Source: Nitrospinota bacterium (GTDB lineage: Bacteria; UBA8248). Taken from it: 64,000 nt of DNA. A program made the position numbers and the translations under genes. Below the pieces are notes generated by a model. It did no database searches, was not told the DNA's origin, and worked only from the letters and a program-made list of their open reading frames with translations. The stretch is from positions 96,001 to 160,000 of the forward strand of contig JAZAHK010000003.1 in NCBI GenBank assembly GCA_036231405.1. The letters run 5' to 3'. This document shows positions 28,662 through 39,491 of this stretch, piece by piece (the stretch's first letter is position 1; every line of letters begins with the position of its first letter).

Positions 28662-30377
28662 TTATGGATTAGTAATCATTGGTTTTTCTTCTGATTGTTC
28701 TGGTCGTTTTTCTTTCTCTTCTTTCGTAGGACTTTTTTGTTCACTTAAACTTTTTGACCATGCTAAAACTGTGGAACGAACGATTCCAACAAAGAAAGAA
28801 GGAGGTGACTTATGACTGACTAACTCATTTGCCAATTTGAAACATTCACTAGAAAAATCAATCTTCTCTAATTGGTAGTACAAGTACGAATTTTCCTCTA
28901 ATTGAGTAGCCAATCTTCTTAAATAGGTCTTATCTTCATAGATTTTATTTGCAGCACTTTCTATGATCTGATCCAAACGGTCATTTTTTTGTTTTTCATC
29001 AAGTGCCACATTACTATTCAAAGAATCTATATAAGATTGGACATAAGATCGAATGAACTGGTCATCAATATACCAGCCTTTAAAGAGTTTATCATTTAAA
29101 ATAACATCAGCATCAATTCTCTCATCATCTTTTGAAAAAGTATTTGTCATTCCTCTAATTGGGTGACTAGTCAAATCAGATAATTTATTGAAATTCGAAT
29201 CTGAGTCGAGTAACATTTTTGCTTTCGTAAAACCACTGGGTGGTGTTACTCCAAGTTTTTCATTTTCTAGTTGTGCTCTTTCCAACAACCAAAATCCATA
29301 GGAAATTGGAATCTCCACTGTGGTCATTAAATCTTGCTCTTCTATTTTTGATAAAAAATTTCTGATTTCCTTCGACGTAGTTTCAACCAAAGACAAATCC
29401 TCTATTCCCGATTCAGTCTTTAAATTAAATTCTGCTAGATAACGACCCTTTGGCTTTTTTGATCGAGCAATCCATAGAATTTTTCTCCCCGATCCATCAG
29501 TTGAACTACAAATTGCTTTAGAAAAATCTTCTTCTTGAAAATTTTTCAAAGAAGAAGATTCATTTTTTATTATTTTAGTTTTGACAGAAATACCTTTTTT
29601 TTCTAAACGAAAAATACTCTTTCGTAGAAGTGATTTAAATTTCTTGTTTGAAGATTTTTCATTGAGATTTGCGAGAAAAATAGCACCTTCTTCGCTACCG
29701 AGAGATACTACTAGATTCACTAAATCAGTAGAGAAAATCTGAGTTTTCTCAAAAATATCTTCAAAAAGACGAAAAAATTTATGTAGAGACCCGGAATCTG
29801 CTTTGTCTATAACTTGACGAAAAATTAGGTATTGCGAATCATGAGATAAGCCGTGGATATCTTCCATTAGAACATTGTTTTCTTCTTTGTTCAGTTCATG
29901 GTTATTTAATAAAAGAACTATATTTTTTGAAATATTCGCTAAATTTTCATCACTTAAGTCCTTAGGAATCTCACAATCGGGAGCAAGAAACAAGATTGTG
30001 TCACGTAAAGATTTCAATAACTCTGGTGGCCATCTAAAAGAAAGTGCAAGATCAAGCAGTTCAGGAACGATTTTCTCATTATTGAGTTCCTTAATAGCAA
30101 GAAGTGAAGAAGTAACCCCATCGACATTCGTAAAATTTAGATGCTCTATCATTCCTTTTAAACCCGCATTCCCTAATTCTTCAATTTCTTCAAGTAAAGG
30201 CGCCGGGACCATAGCTTCAGGTGGCATAGGGGATGTAAACGATTTCTCAAGAGCAATTGCTATAGTTCTCGCTCTTCTGAGGTCATCTCTTGACATTTCA
30301 TTCTTCTTAGATTTTTTCAATTCTTTTTTTATAATCGAACCCTCAAACTTAAAAAGTGAAAATACAAATTTATACAA
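28662..30377 (-). CDS. Hypothetical protein with HEAT-like helical N-terminal region
   Basis: 571-codon ORF; helical repeats followed by a DGSG.....W alpha/beta segment; start uncertain (30296 possible). Confidence 0.75.
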   Translation of the reverse strand: MYKFVFSLFKFEGSIIKKELKKSKKNEMSRDDLRRARTIAIALEKSFTSPMPPEAMVPAPLLEEIEELGNAGLKGMIEHLNFTNVDGVTSSLLAIKELNNEKIVPELLDLALSFRWPPELLKSLRDTILFLAPDCEIPKDLSDENLANISKNIVLLLNNHELNKEENNVLMEDIHGLSHDSQYLIFRQVIDKADSGSLHKFFRLFEDIFEKTQIFSTDLVNLVVSLGSEEGAIFLANLNEKSSNKKFKSLLRKSIFRLEKKGISVKTKIIKNESSSLKNFQEEDFSKAICSSTDGSGRKILWIARSKKPKGRYLAEFNLKTESGIEDLSLVETTSKEIRNFLSKIEEQDLMTTVEIPISYGFWLLERAQLENEKLGVTPPSGFTKAKMLLDSDSNFNKLSDLTSHPIRGMTNTFSKDDERIDADVILNDKLFKGWYIDDQFIRSYVQSYIDSLNSNVALDEKQKNDRLDQIIESAANKIYEDKTYLRRLATQLEENSYLYYQLEKIDFSSECFKLANELVSHKSPPSFFVGIVRSTVLAWSKSLSEQKSPTKEEKEKRPEQSEEKPMITNP

Positions 30378-30464
30378 AACTTAAGAAATGATACCATTCC
30401 AAGTAGTTTTTTGGAATAAAATGTAACCTGCATTCTATCCTTACAAAATCTAACAGAGGTTTTT

Positions 30465-31253
30465 TTGACTGATTCGATTTTTTTTGATGTTGCGTTTAGC
30501 TATTCGGACGTTGAAGACCATATTAATGCAATGAAAACAAGATGCAAAATTAAACATAAAGAAGTTAACTGTGCAGTCGTGGATGTTCTGCGAGCTACCA
30601 CAACTATTATTTCTTCCTTACATAATGGTTGTTCTGAAATTTATCCAGTGGCATCTAGAAATGCTGCAATTGTCAAAACACGAGAACTGAAAAAGAAGCA
30701 CATAAACAAAAAAATTCTACTAGCTGGAGAAAAAAATGGTAAAGCGATAAAGGGTTTCGATCTAGGGAATTCTCCTTCAAACTTCAAACGTGAAATAGTA
30801 AGAAATAAGATTATTATTATGTCTACTAGCAATGGGACAAAAGCAATTAACGCCGTAAAAAAACAGGAGAACGTGTTTCTTTTTTCCTTAGCCAATTTAA
30901 GTGCAGTTGCTAAATCTATAATTTCACCCATCATCAAAAACCATAATCTTTTGGTTGTATGTTCTGGTAGCGAAAGAAAATATTGCGAAGAAGATTCTAT
31001 AACTTCTGGACTACTTATCCAAAAACTAATCAGTCTTTTAGACTTAGAACAATTCGTTTGTTCTGATAGCACTAAGGCATGCTTGCATATTGCAAACTCT
31101 TATAAAAAAAACATCCTTCAAGCTTTTAAAAACTGCTCATGGGGAGAACATTTAATTCAATTAGGATTGAAAGGAGATTTAGAGTTCTGCTCTAAAATGG
31201 ACTGGTCTAATGTCGTTCCCAAGTTAAAAAATGGGATAGTAATTTCAAGCTAA
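30465..31253 (+). CDS. comB: 2-phosphosulfolactate phosphatase family protein
   Basis: VVDVLRATTTI, LAGE..G....GFDLGNSP, STSNGT, CSG, EED. Confidence 0.88.
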   Translation: MTDSIFFDVAFSYSDVEDHINAMKTRCKIKHKEVNCAVVDVLRATTTIISSLHNGCSEIYPVASRNAAIVKTRELKKKHINKKILLAGEKNGKAIKGFDLGNSPSNFKREIVRNKIIIMSTSNGTKAINAVKKQENVFLFSLANLSAVAKSIISPIIKNHNLLVVCSGSERKYCEEDSITSGLLIQKLISLLDLEQFVCSDSTKACLHIANSYKKNILQAFKNCSWGEHLIQLGLKGDLEFCSKMDWSNVVPKLKNGIVISS

Positions 31254-31264
31254 ACTTCTTTTTT

Positions 31265-32056
31265 TTAAAAAATCTTCTCCAATGAGCCTTCAAAATCTTC
31301 TCTAGAATTTTCCATATGAAAATGAATAAAGAATTCCCTATTCCCTTTAGTTCCAAGAATAGGACTGTCTGTAACGTTACATGGAGAAATGCCCAAACCA
31401 ATTGATTCCTTCCAAATATTCCTTAAAACTTCCCTGTGTAATTTCTCATCTCGAACAATTCCACCCTTACCGACTCTATTTTTACCAACTTCAAACTGAG
31501 GTTTTACAAGAGCAACAATTTCGTTAGGAAAAGAAATAAGTTTATGAATTACGGGAAGAATTTTCATTAGTGAAATAAACGAAACATCAATAACGGCAAG
31601 TTCAAAATTTATGTCACAATCTAATGAATTTAAAATCTCTCTATTTAAAAATCTAGCATTAACACCCTCTAAAATACTCACTTTACCATCATTTCTTAAA
31701 CCCCAATCGAGCAATCCTTTCCCTACATCAACACAAACAACATGAGTTACTCCTCTTCTAAGCAGAACATCCGTGAAGCCACCCGTAGATGAACCAACAT
31801 CTATGCAGGATTTTGAGATCGTATCAATATCGAAGAATTCCAATGCATGAAAAAGTTTTTCACCACCCCTGCTTACAAATTCTCGCTTACTGTCAGAAAC
31901 AGAAATAACAGAATCAACATCATAGGAATGACCAACTTTATCAACCACATAACCGTTGACTGTAACTCTTCCAGATAGGATGAGTCTCTTAGCACGCTCT
32001 CGACTAGGTGCAAAACTTCCATCGACGAGCAGTTTGTCGATCCTCTCTTTTTTCAC
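31265..32056 (-). CDS. tlyA: TlyA family RNA methyltransferase
   Basis: S4 domain, VSRGGEKL, DVGSSTGGFTD, DVSFISL, KPQFE, GN.EF. Confidence 0.95.
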   Translation of the reverse strand: MKKERIDKLLVDGSFAPSRERAKRLILSGRVTVNGYVVDKVGHSYDVDSVISVSDSKREFVSRGGEKLFHALEFFDIDTISKSCIDVGSSTGGFTDVLLRRGVTHVVCVDVGKGLLDWGLRNDGKVSILEGVNARFLNREILNSLDCDINFELAVIDVSFISLMKILPVIHKLISFPNEIVALVKPQFEVGKNRVGKGGIVRDEKLHREVLRNIWKESIGLGISPCNVTDSPILGTKGNREFFIHFHMENSREDFEGSLEKIF

Positions 32057-33966
32057 GGAAGAACGCTGCGTATATGATCATTAATATCTATCAGATCACG
32101 AGCAGCCTGAGTAATGTCGCCTGTGGTTAGTCCGCAATCCTCTCTCTGGAGGGATGGATTACCATGAGGAATGAAACGATCGGGAATACCTAGTATAGAA
32201 ACTGGAATATAGCTCATCTTATTTTCAGAAAGAATTTCTAGAACACCTGAACCCATACCACCTATTTTTGTGCCTTCTTCTATTGTTACTATTCTCTTAC
32301 ACAATTTAGCCAGCTCAATTATTTTCTTCTTGTCCATAGGTTTTACGAATCTAAGATTTAGGACAGAAGCTTGTATCCCTATCTCTTCCAGTTGAGAGGA
32401 AGCCTCAACCGCGAGAGGAACCATTGGTCCTAGAGCAATTAATAAAACATCCCTTCCTTCCCTAAGTAATTCAGCCTTCCCAATTGGAAGACTCTTTATT
32501 TCATCTTGTACTTTTACGCCAGTCCCAGAACCTCTACAAAAACGAAGTGCAGCTGGACCTGGGTATTCTATGGATGTAAGAAGCATGCTTTGTAATTCGT
32601 TCTCATCTTTTGGAGACATGACGACTGTATTGGGAAGACACCTTAAATAGGCTATATCAAAGGCACCGTGGTGAGTTGGGCCGTCTTCTCCGACTAACCC
32701 TGCACGGTCTATTGCAAATGTTACAGGAACATTCGTAAGACAAATATCATGGACAATCTGGTCGTATGCCCTTTGCAAAAAGGTGCTATAAATAGCGACG
32801 ACCGGCTTCATCTTCTCTAAAGAAAGACCCGCGGCAAATGTCACTCCATGTTGTTCACACATCCCAACATCAAAACATCTATCAGGAAAAAGACTCTGAT
32901 ACTCCACCAGTGCAGTTCCTTCCAACATAGCGGCAGTTACAGCTACTATTTTAGGATCCTTCTTACTTAATTTGATCATTGTATCAGCAAAAACCTTAGA
33001 ATAACTTGGAGGACCAGGTTTCTTTTTTAAGAATTTCCCAGTATCTGGGTCAAATTTTGTAACACCATGGTACGTAATTGGTTCGGCCTCGCTATAAGGA
33101 TAGCCATGACCTTTTTTAGTAACAACATGAACTAAATTTGGGCCTTGTAATTTTCGAACATTTCGTAACGCAGGAATTAATAAGTCCAATCTATGTCCAT
33201 CTATAGGACCTATATAACGAAAACCTAGTTCTTCAAATAAGATCCCAGGAACAAATAAATTTTTCATAGAATCTTCAAATCTTGTCATAAAGTTGGCTGC
33301 AGATTCACCAAAAACAGGGAAATGAGAAACAATTTTTTGTATTTCATTCCTAAACTTCCTTGCACGATTTGCCCATTCTCCGGTCATAATTCTTGCAAGA
33401 TAAGAACACATTGCACCGACATTTTTTGAAATACCCATCTTATTATCATTTAATATGACCGTTAGATCCCTCTTAGAATCACCAGCATTATTTAATGCCT
33501 CCATTGACATGCCAGATGTAAGACTTCCGTCACCGATAATGGCTACAACACTAAAATCTTCTCCTCTCAAATCTCTTGCAGTAGCCATTCCTGATGCAGC
33601 AGAAATTGAAGTCCCTCCATGTGCAACATTCATATGATCGTATGGACTCTCTAACCGATCAGGGAAACCTGCAATTCCTCCCCACTGCCTAAGAGTATCA
33701 AACTCAGCTTTTCTCCCAGTCAAAATTTTATGTGCGTAAGTCTGATGACCAACATCCCAAATAAGTTTATCGTTAGGAGTTTCGAAAACGTAATGCAGTG
33801 CAACTACCAATTCTGTAGCACCTAATGAAGCTCCAAGATGTCCACCAGTTTTAGAAGTAACACGAACAATAAACTCCCTTAATTCTTCTACTACAGAATC
33901 GAGTTCATTTTCCGATAATTTTCTAAGGTCACTAGGAGAATCTATTTTTTCAAGTTTTATCACCAT
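32053..33966 (-). CDS. dxs: 1-deoxy-D-xylulose-5-phosphate synthase
   Basis: GGHLGASLG, WDVGHQ.Y.HK, GDGSLT, NDN, GPIDGH, YSTFLQR, DRAGLVGEDGPTH. Confidence 0.97.
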   Translation of the reverse strand: MVIKLEKIDSPSDLRKLSENELDSVVEELREFIVRVTSKTGGHLGASLGATELVVALHYVFETPNDKLIWDVGHQTYAHKILTGRKAEFDTLRQWGGIAGFPDRLESPYDHMNVAHGGTSISAASGMATARDLRGEDFSVVAIIGDGSLTSGMSMEALNNAGDSKRDLTVILNDNKMGISKNVGAMCSYLARIMTGEWANRARKFRNEIQKIVSHFPVFGESAANFMTRFEDSMKNLFVPGILFEELGFRYIGPIDGHRLDLLIPALRNVRKLQGPNLVHVVTKKGHGYPYSEAEPITYHGVTKFDPDTGKFLKKKPGPPSYSKVFADTMIKLSKKDPKIVAVTAAMLEGTALVEYQSLFPDRCFDVGMCEQHGVTFAAGLSLEKMKPVVAIYSTFLQRAYDQIVHDICLTNVPVTFAIDRAGLVGEDGPTHHGAFDIAYLRCLPNTVVMSPKDENELQSMLLTSIEYPGPAALRFCRGSGTGVKVQDEIKSLPIGKAELLREGRDVLLIALGPMVPLAVEASSQLEEIGIQASVLNLRFVKPMDKKKIIELAKLCKRIVTIEEGTKIGGMGSGVLEILSENKMSYIPVSILGIPDRFIPHGNPSLQREDCGLTTGDITQAARDLIDINDHIRSVLP

Positions 33967-34041
33967 AAATAAGTCCTAACGTGATTGCTTCCTTACAAAA
34001 AATAGAACAAAAAGAATTTGCAGAGAAATAAAAATTAAAAA

Positions 34042-34944
34042 CTAGAGACTACGGCAAACCATAAATTTTGCAAGGGACTTCAAAGTTTCAGCATCTTTTC
34101 CAAAGATTTTCAAAAAATCTAGAGATTCTTCTAAAGTAGAATTAGCCATATCCCTTGATTTTTCAATCCCGTAATGAGACAAATAAGTAGTTTTTCCAGA
34201 AGCAAGGTCAGAACCAACTGTTTTCCCTAATAAATTTTCATCTCCATCATAATCAAGAATATCGTCAACAATTTGAAATGCTAGACCTATATGCCTTCCA
34301 AAATTGCTAAGTGCTTCTAATTGCTCACCATTAGCACCACCTAAAATCCCACCTATGCAGACAGATGCGCGGATCAATTCAGAAGTCTTAAGCAAATGCA
34401 TCTGCCTTAAAAATTCAGGATTCATTTTGATAGAATTTGACTTGATATCTAAATATTGACCGCCGACCATTCCTGATGGACCTGCAGCAGAAGATAAAAG
34501 TAAAATAGAATCTATCAATCTCTCCATCTCAAATTTTTCTTTCATGGCATTAGAAGACATAAGTTCAAACGCTTTAGTCAAAAGTCCATCTCCAGAAAGA
34601 ATAGCAGAAGCCTCCCCAAAGGCTTTATGGCTAGTAGGCTTTCCTCTTCTCAAATCATCATCATCCATTGCAGGCAAATCGTCATGTATCAACGAATAAG
34701 AATGAACGCATTCTATTGCGCAAGCAGCAGTTAATAGAACCTCTGTATCTCCTTGTACTGCCTCACATCCTGCTATACACAAAATCGGCCTAATTCTTTT
34801 GCCTCCATTTAAGAGGCTATACGCCATTATTTCATATAGTTCAGACGGCTCAGACCCTTCCTCAGAAAATAAAAGATTCAGTTTGTCGTTAACTCGTCTA
34901 CTCCATTTACTCATATAATCTAAAACATCGAATGATGACGACAA
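34042..34944 (-). CDS. ispA: Farnesyl/geranylgeranyl diphosphate synthase
   Basis: GGKRIRP, LIHDDLPAMDDDDLRRG, GGQ, FQIVDDILD; TTG start after a GGGAG RBS (ORF track gives 34971). Confidence 0.93.
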   Translation of the reverse strand: MSSSFDVLDYMSKWSRRVNDKLNLLFSEEGSEPSELYEIMAYSLLNGGKRIRPILCIAGCEAVQGDTEVLLTAACAIECVHSYSLIHDDLPAMDDDDLRRGKPTSHKAFGEASAILSGDGLLTKAFELMSSNAMKEKFEMERLIDSILLLSSAAGPSGMVGGQYLDIKSNSIKMNPEFLRQMHLLKTSELIRASVCIGGILGGANGEQLEALSNFGRHIGLAFQIVDDILDYDGDENLLGKTVGSDLASGKTTYLSHYGIEKSRDMANSTLEESLDFLKIFGKDAETLKSLAKFMVCRSL

Positions 34945-34945
34945 C

Positions 34946-35215
34946 CTATTCTCCCTCACTTTTTTCATCAAAAGGTTTTATGGAAAATGTCCCATCATCA
35001 TCTATTGTTAGTTCTTCAATTTTTTTCTGAGCAAAATTCAACTGCTCTTGTGTAAATCTAAACAATTTCACACCTTCTTCATACAAAGAAATTGCATCTT
35101 CTAGAGTAAGTTCTCCATCTTCTAGAACTTCGACAATTTCCTCCAAACGGGCAGACGCCTCTTCAAAACTTTTTGGTGAACTCGAAGACGTTTTCCTCTT
35201 TTTAGAAGGACTCAT
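34946..35215 (-). CDS. xseB: Exodeoxyribonuclease VII small subunit
   Basis: SFEEA..RLEEIV..LE.G.L.LE..I..YEEG; located between xseA and ispA. Confidence 0.95.
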   Translation of the reverse strand: MSPSKKRKTSSSSPKSFEEASARLEEIVEVLEDGELTLEDAISLYEEGVKLFRFTQEQLNFAQKKIEELTIDDDGTFSIKPFDEKSEGE

Positions 35216-36609
35216 TTTATTTCTCCTTTTGGGTTTATTTTTTCAACCGTACAATCCAATTCTCCGTCTGACAATTTAACTCGAATCAATTCTTGACTTT
35301 TTGCTTCCCGAACACTTCGAATTAGTGAATTATCCGACTTTCGATACGTTAAACTGTATCCTCTCCCTAAAATTGAAACCGGGGAAGCAGATTCAAGTCT
35401 AACCATCAGATTTTCATACTCTACATTTTTTAATTGAAACACTTTGTTAATACTGATATGAATTCTCCTAAAACATTCTTCAATTTTTTTGACTTTACTT
35501 GAGTGAAGGCTCAAAGGAGAGACAAACTTAAGTCGAGGGAAAATGGATATAACTTGGTTTTTGTATCTCGATAAAACATAACGTATTTCTCTAAGAAAAT
35601 TTGCATAAAGTGAATCGGTTTTTTGCTCTAGTTCTTCGATAAATAAGGAAGGCTCTTCTAAAATTCTCATCCTCTTTAGAAAAGCTAATCGGTCATTTCT
35701 CTCTTTAAAAATTAGTTTAATAAATCGTTCCATTTCAGAAGGGAATCTAATAAAACGTTCTAAAAAAACATCCCAATCCATACATACTTTTTCGGCCGCT
35801 GCAGTAGGAGTTGAAGAAAAATCATCTGATACTAAATCGGAAAAGGAATTATCTATTTCATGTCCAATTGCAGTTAATATTGGAGTCTTACAATTAGAAA
35901 TTGCACGAACAACAATCTCATCATTAAATGCACTCAAATCTTCATTACTACCTCCGCCTCTTGAAAGGATTATCAAATCAGCAGGAGTACCAATTCTATT
36001 TGCTTCTTCGTCAGCAGCTAAGAGAGCTTTTTCGATTGATTTTGGAGCGAACTCTCCCTGCACAAGAGTATGAATGAGTATTAATTGCACAAATGGAATA
36101 CGATTCGATAAAATTGGTAGCATGTCACGTAAAGCCGCACCTTCACGACTTGTAACTAAAATAATTTTTCTAGGCCTTGTGGGAATTTCTTTTTTCTTTT
36201 CTTTAGAAAACAATCCTTCTAATTCTAGTTTTTCTCTCAATTGTCTAAATCTAACCTCTAGCACTCCCTCTCCTAGAGGTTCAAGAGAGAAAATAGATAT
36301 TTGGAATCTTCCTTCACGTTCAAAAAGGGTAACGCTACATTTAACTAACACTCTCATGCCAACTTCGGGAGTAAAATTAAGATTCTTCCTTCTGCCTGAA
36401 AACATGACAGCATTTATTTTTGAATTAGAATCCTTTAAAACAAGATAGGCGTGGTTCGATGGATAAACTTTCCAACTTGAAATCTCTCCCTCCACCAGAA
36501 TATTATTGAATGCTTGTTCTAAATGAGTTCGAACTTTAGAATTTAATTGAGAGACTGTATAGATTTGATCTGCAGGGGTTTTCGAGGACCCTAATAAATC
36601 AATATTCAA
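35212..36609 (-). CDS. xseA: Exodeoxyribonuclease VII large subunit
   Basis: VEGEIS, H.Y..LKD, RGGGS.EDL.AFN, AIGHEID, TPTAAAE, RGYS. Confidence 0.96.
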   Translation of the reverse strand: MNIDLLGSSKTPADQIYTVSQLNSKVRTHLEQAFNNILVEGEISSWKVYPSNHAYLVLKDSNSKINAVMFSGRRKNLNFTPEVGMRVLVKCSVTLFEREGRFQISIFSLEPLGEGVLEVRFRQLREKLELEGLFSKEKKKEIPTRPRKIILVTSREGAALRDMLPILSNRIPFVQLILIHTLVQGEFAPKSIEKALLAADEEANRIGTPADLIILSRGGGSNEDLSAFNDEIVVRAISNCKTPILTAIGHEIDNSFSDLVSDDFSSTPTAAAEKVCMDWDVFLERFIRFPSEMERFIKLIFKERNDRLAFLKRMRILEEPSLFIEELEQKTDSLYANFLREIRYVLSRYKNQVISIFPRLKFVSPLSLHSSKVKKIEECFRRIHISINKVFQLKNVEYENLMVRLESASPVSILGRGYSLTYRKSDNSLIRSVREAKSQELIRVKLSDGELDCTVEKINPKGEIK

Positions 36610-36621
36610 TAAATTATTCCT

Positions 36622-37491
36622 TTAGGTCAATGAAACATGATCTTCAAATGAATTTACTGTATTGACCATTAACATTGAAATTGTCATAGGACCAACTCCT
36701 CCTGGCACTGGCGTGATTGCTGAAACCTTACCTATCAGTGAAGAAAAATCACAGTCTCCTACCAATTTATCATCTAAACGGTTTGTTCCAACGTCAACAA
36801 CAATAGCACCCTCCTTGACCATCTGTGCATTCACAAAATTTGCTCTTCCCACTGCGGCAATCAAAATATCTGCACTTCTTGTCACCTCCGCAATATTTTC
36901 AGTTCTAGAATGGCAAATAGTTACAGTAGCATTCTCGTGCAACAAAAGAATCGACAAGGGAAGACCAACTATTTTGCTTCTCCCAATTATAACAACTCTT
37001 TTTCCTTCGATTGCAAAATTATAAAATTTCAATATTTCCAGAACGCCAGCAGGGGTACAAGATTTAGGTCCTGGTTGTTTTAAGGATAATTTTCCAAAGT
37101 TTTCCGTGTGAAAAACATCAACATCTTTTCGTGGATCAACTTTTTTCAGTATTTCTGTCTCATCTAAAGTTGAAGGTAGAGGAAGTTGCACAAGAATGCC
37201 GTCAATCCTCGAATCTTTATTTAGTTCTTCTATTAAATTAGATATTTCTAAAAAAGAAACCTCCGATGGTAATCGATAATCGTGTGTTTCTATCCCAATT
37301 TTATCAGCCATCTTGCCTTTTAGGCGAACATAAACTTGAGAGGCAGGATCTTCTCCAACCAAAATTACAGCTAACCCTGGAGATCTTCCTGTTAAACTTT
37401 TCAGTTCTTCAATTCTAGAAATAAGGCCTTCCATTATTTTATCGGATACCGGTTTGCCTTTCATTATTAACGTATCTATCTTTTTATTCAT
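36622..37491 (-). CDS. folD: Methylenetetrahydrofolate dehydrogenase/cyclohydrolase
   Basis: GEDPASQVYV, GILVQLPLP, KDVD, CTP, GRS..VG, TPVPGGVGPMT. Confidence 0.97.
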   Translation of the reverse strand: MNKKIDTLIMKGKPVSDKIMEGLISRIEELKSLTGRSPGLAVILVGEDPASQVYVRLKGKMADKIGIETHDYRLPSEVSFLEISNLIEELNKDSRIDGILVQLPLPSTLDETEILKKVDPRKDVDVFHTENFGKLSLKQPGPKSCTPAGVLEILKFYNFAIEGKRVVIIGRSKIVGLPLSILLLHENATVTICHSRTENIAEVTRSADILIAAVGRANFVNAQMVKEGAIVVDVGTNRLDDKLVGDCDFSSLIGKVSAITPVPGGVGPMTISMLMVNTVNSFEDHVSLT

Positions 37492-37645
37492 TTTTTGTTA
37501 ACACCTTTAAAGAATTTATGCCTCTTATATTCTTCGTAATTTTGTTATACTACATTCGTAGGGGAAAAAAATAAATTACATTATCAATTCAAACACCTTG
37601 TTCTAAAGTCAAAATTAGATATGTGTTCTGAAATGTGAGAAAATA

Positions 37646-38314
37646 ATGAAGAGTTTTATACAATCAATTCAATCTGATTTAAATGCAGCTTTGGACAGAG
37701 ACCCTGCAGCTAATAGTAAAATAGAGATTATTCTCTGCTATCCTGGATTTCATGCGATTTTTATACATCGGATATCTCATTTCATTTTCAAAAAAGGGTT
37801 TAAACTAATTGCACGTTTCTTAAGTCACATCAGTCGTCTTATTACAGGAATAGAAATTCATCCTGGTGCAGAAATAGACACCGGTTTTTTTATAGACCAT
37901 GGGATGGGGGTTGTAATTGGTGAAACCTCTATTATAGGGGAAAATTGTACGATATACCACGGGGTAACACTTGGGGGAGTAAGTTTAAAAAAAGAGAAAA
38001 GGCATCCGACACTCGAAGACAATGTTTTAGTAGGTGTAGGAGCCCGTATTCTCGGTCCCCATAAAATAGGAAAAGGAAGTAGAATCGGAGCAGGATCTGT
38101 AGTTATTTCTGATGTTCCGCCTGATTGCACAGTCGTGGGGGTTCCTGCACGAATCGTTTCTGAATCGCATGAAGGTTCCAAAGAAGAACAACCAGAAATT
38201 TCATTTGACCACGATGAACTTCCTGATCCAATAGAAAACTCAATTCTAATTTTGGACAAAAAAATTCAAGAACTTGAGGAGAAAATGAAAGATGGGAGAA
38301 CTCCTGGTCAATGA
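37646..38314 (+). CDS. cysE: Serine O-acetyltransferase
   Basis: RDPAA, YPGFHA, TGIEIHPGA, FIDHGMG, VTLGG, RHP, VGVPA. Confidence 0.96.
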   Translation: MKSFIQSIQSDLNAALDRDPAANSKIEIILCYPGFHAIFIHRISHFIFKKGFKLIARFLSHISRLITGIEIHPGAEIDTGFFIDHGMGVVIGETSIIGENCTIYHGVTLGGVSLKKEKRHPTLEDNVLVGVGARILGPHKIGKGSRIGAGSVVISDVPPDCTVVGVPARIVSESHEGSKEEQPEISFDHDELPDPIENSILILDKKIQELEEKMKDGRTPGQ

Positions 38315-39474
38315 AAAGAATCTATTTAGACCACAACTCTACAACACCTGTCCGGCCCGAAGTTTTAAAAATTGCAGAACCTTTCACTAAAAATCTTTAT
38401 GGAAATCCAAGTAGCGTTCATTCATTCGGACGTGAAGCTAGAGAAGCGATAGATATTGCGCGTGTTCATATAGCATCAAGTATCAATGCTTCTGACTCTA
38501 CTGAAATTTTCTTTACTTCTGGAGGAACTGAAAGCGATAATCTTGCGATAAGAGGGATTCTTAACAATGAAGATATAGATGCTCATATTATTACGACTCA
38601 AATTGAACATAATGCAGTTTTAGATACATGTGATGCGCTCACAAAAGAAAAATCAATTAGAGTGACATATGTAAAACCAGATAAAAATGGATTAATCTCC
38701 TCAAAAGCAATAAAAGATGCCATAAAAGATAACACAAAATTAATATCAGTGATCTTAGGGAATAATGAGATAGGTACGGTTCAATCAATTTCTGCAATTT
38801 CTTCTTTTTGCAAAGAAATAGGAATATTATTTCATACTGATGCTGTCCAGGCGCTTGGTAAAATTAAAATTGATGTCCAAAAAGACAACATCGATTTACT
38901 ATCCGGAAGTGGACACAAAATTAACGCACCTAAAGGAATTGGATTTCTATACGCAAGAAAGAATACTCCTCTTAATGCCATTCTAACTGGAGGAGGACAA
39001 GAACAGAATATAAGATCTGGCACTGAAAATGTTCCTGGCATAGTTGCACTAGGGGAAGCATGTAGAATTTTGAATACAGAAGGGAAAGAACTCTGGGACA
39101 ATGTCCTAAAGTTAAGGAATCGTCTAGAAAGTGAAGTTTGTCAAAAAATTCCCGACGTCCAAATAATAGGAGATAAAGAACATCGCCTACCAGGGACATC
39201 AAATATCGGATTCTCAAACGCTGAGGGAGAAACTTTATTGATTAGATTAGACCTTGAGGGAATTGCAGTAAGTACTGGTTCAGCTTGTAGTTCTGGGTCA
39301 ACCGAACCAAGCCATGTCCTTCTTTCCATGGATCTGCCGCAAAATCTTGTTCGTGGTTCACTTCGTTTTAGTCTCGGCTGGGGAAGCACTGATGAAGATA
39401 TAGACTATCTAATGAACAAATTACCTGATGCAGTCGAAAAAGTAAGAAAGATTTCACCAAATAATGGACCCTAG
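38311..39474 (+). CDS. iscS: Cysteine desulfurase (IscS/NifS)
   Basis: YLDHNSTT, GNPSS.H, FTSGGTE, HTDAVQ, SGHK, STGSACSS. Confidence 0.93.
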   Translation: MKRIYLDHNSTTPVRPEVLKIAEPFTKNLYGNPSSVHSFGREAREAIDIARVHIASSINASDSTEIFFTSGGTESDNLAIRGILNNEDIDAHIITTQIEHNAVLDTCDALTKEKSIRVTYVKPDKNGLISSKAIKDAIKDNTKLISVILGNNEIGTVQSISAISSFCKEIGILFHTDAVQALGKIKIDVQKDNIDLLSGSGHKINAPKGIGFLYARKNTPLNAILTGGGQEQNIRSGTENVPGIVALGEACRILNTEGKELWDNVLKLRNRLESEVCQKIPDVQIIGDKEHRLPGTSNIGFSNAEGETLLIRLDLEGIAVSTGSACSSGSTEPSHVLLSMDLPQNLVRGSLRFSLGWGSTDEDIDYLMNKLPDAVEKVRKISPNNGP

Positions 39475-39491
39475 ACTTCAAAGGTATAAAA

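Noticed and set aside
29875-30384. 169-aa plus-strand ORF, and similar shadows such as 45954-46445, 62298-62822, 30641-31072 and 37858-38259
   Set aside because: Antisense to longer or motif-supported genes; no recognisable motifs.
30465-31253. comB as evidence of coenzyme M biosynthesis
   Set aside because: ComB-family phosphatases are widespread in bacteria, and no comA/C/D/E gene is present in the window.
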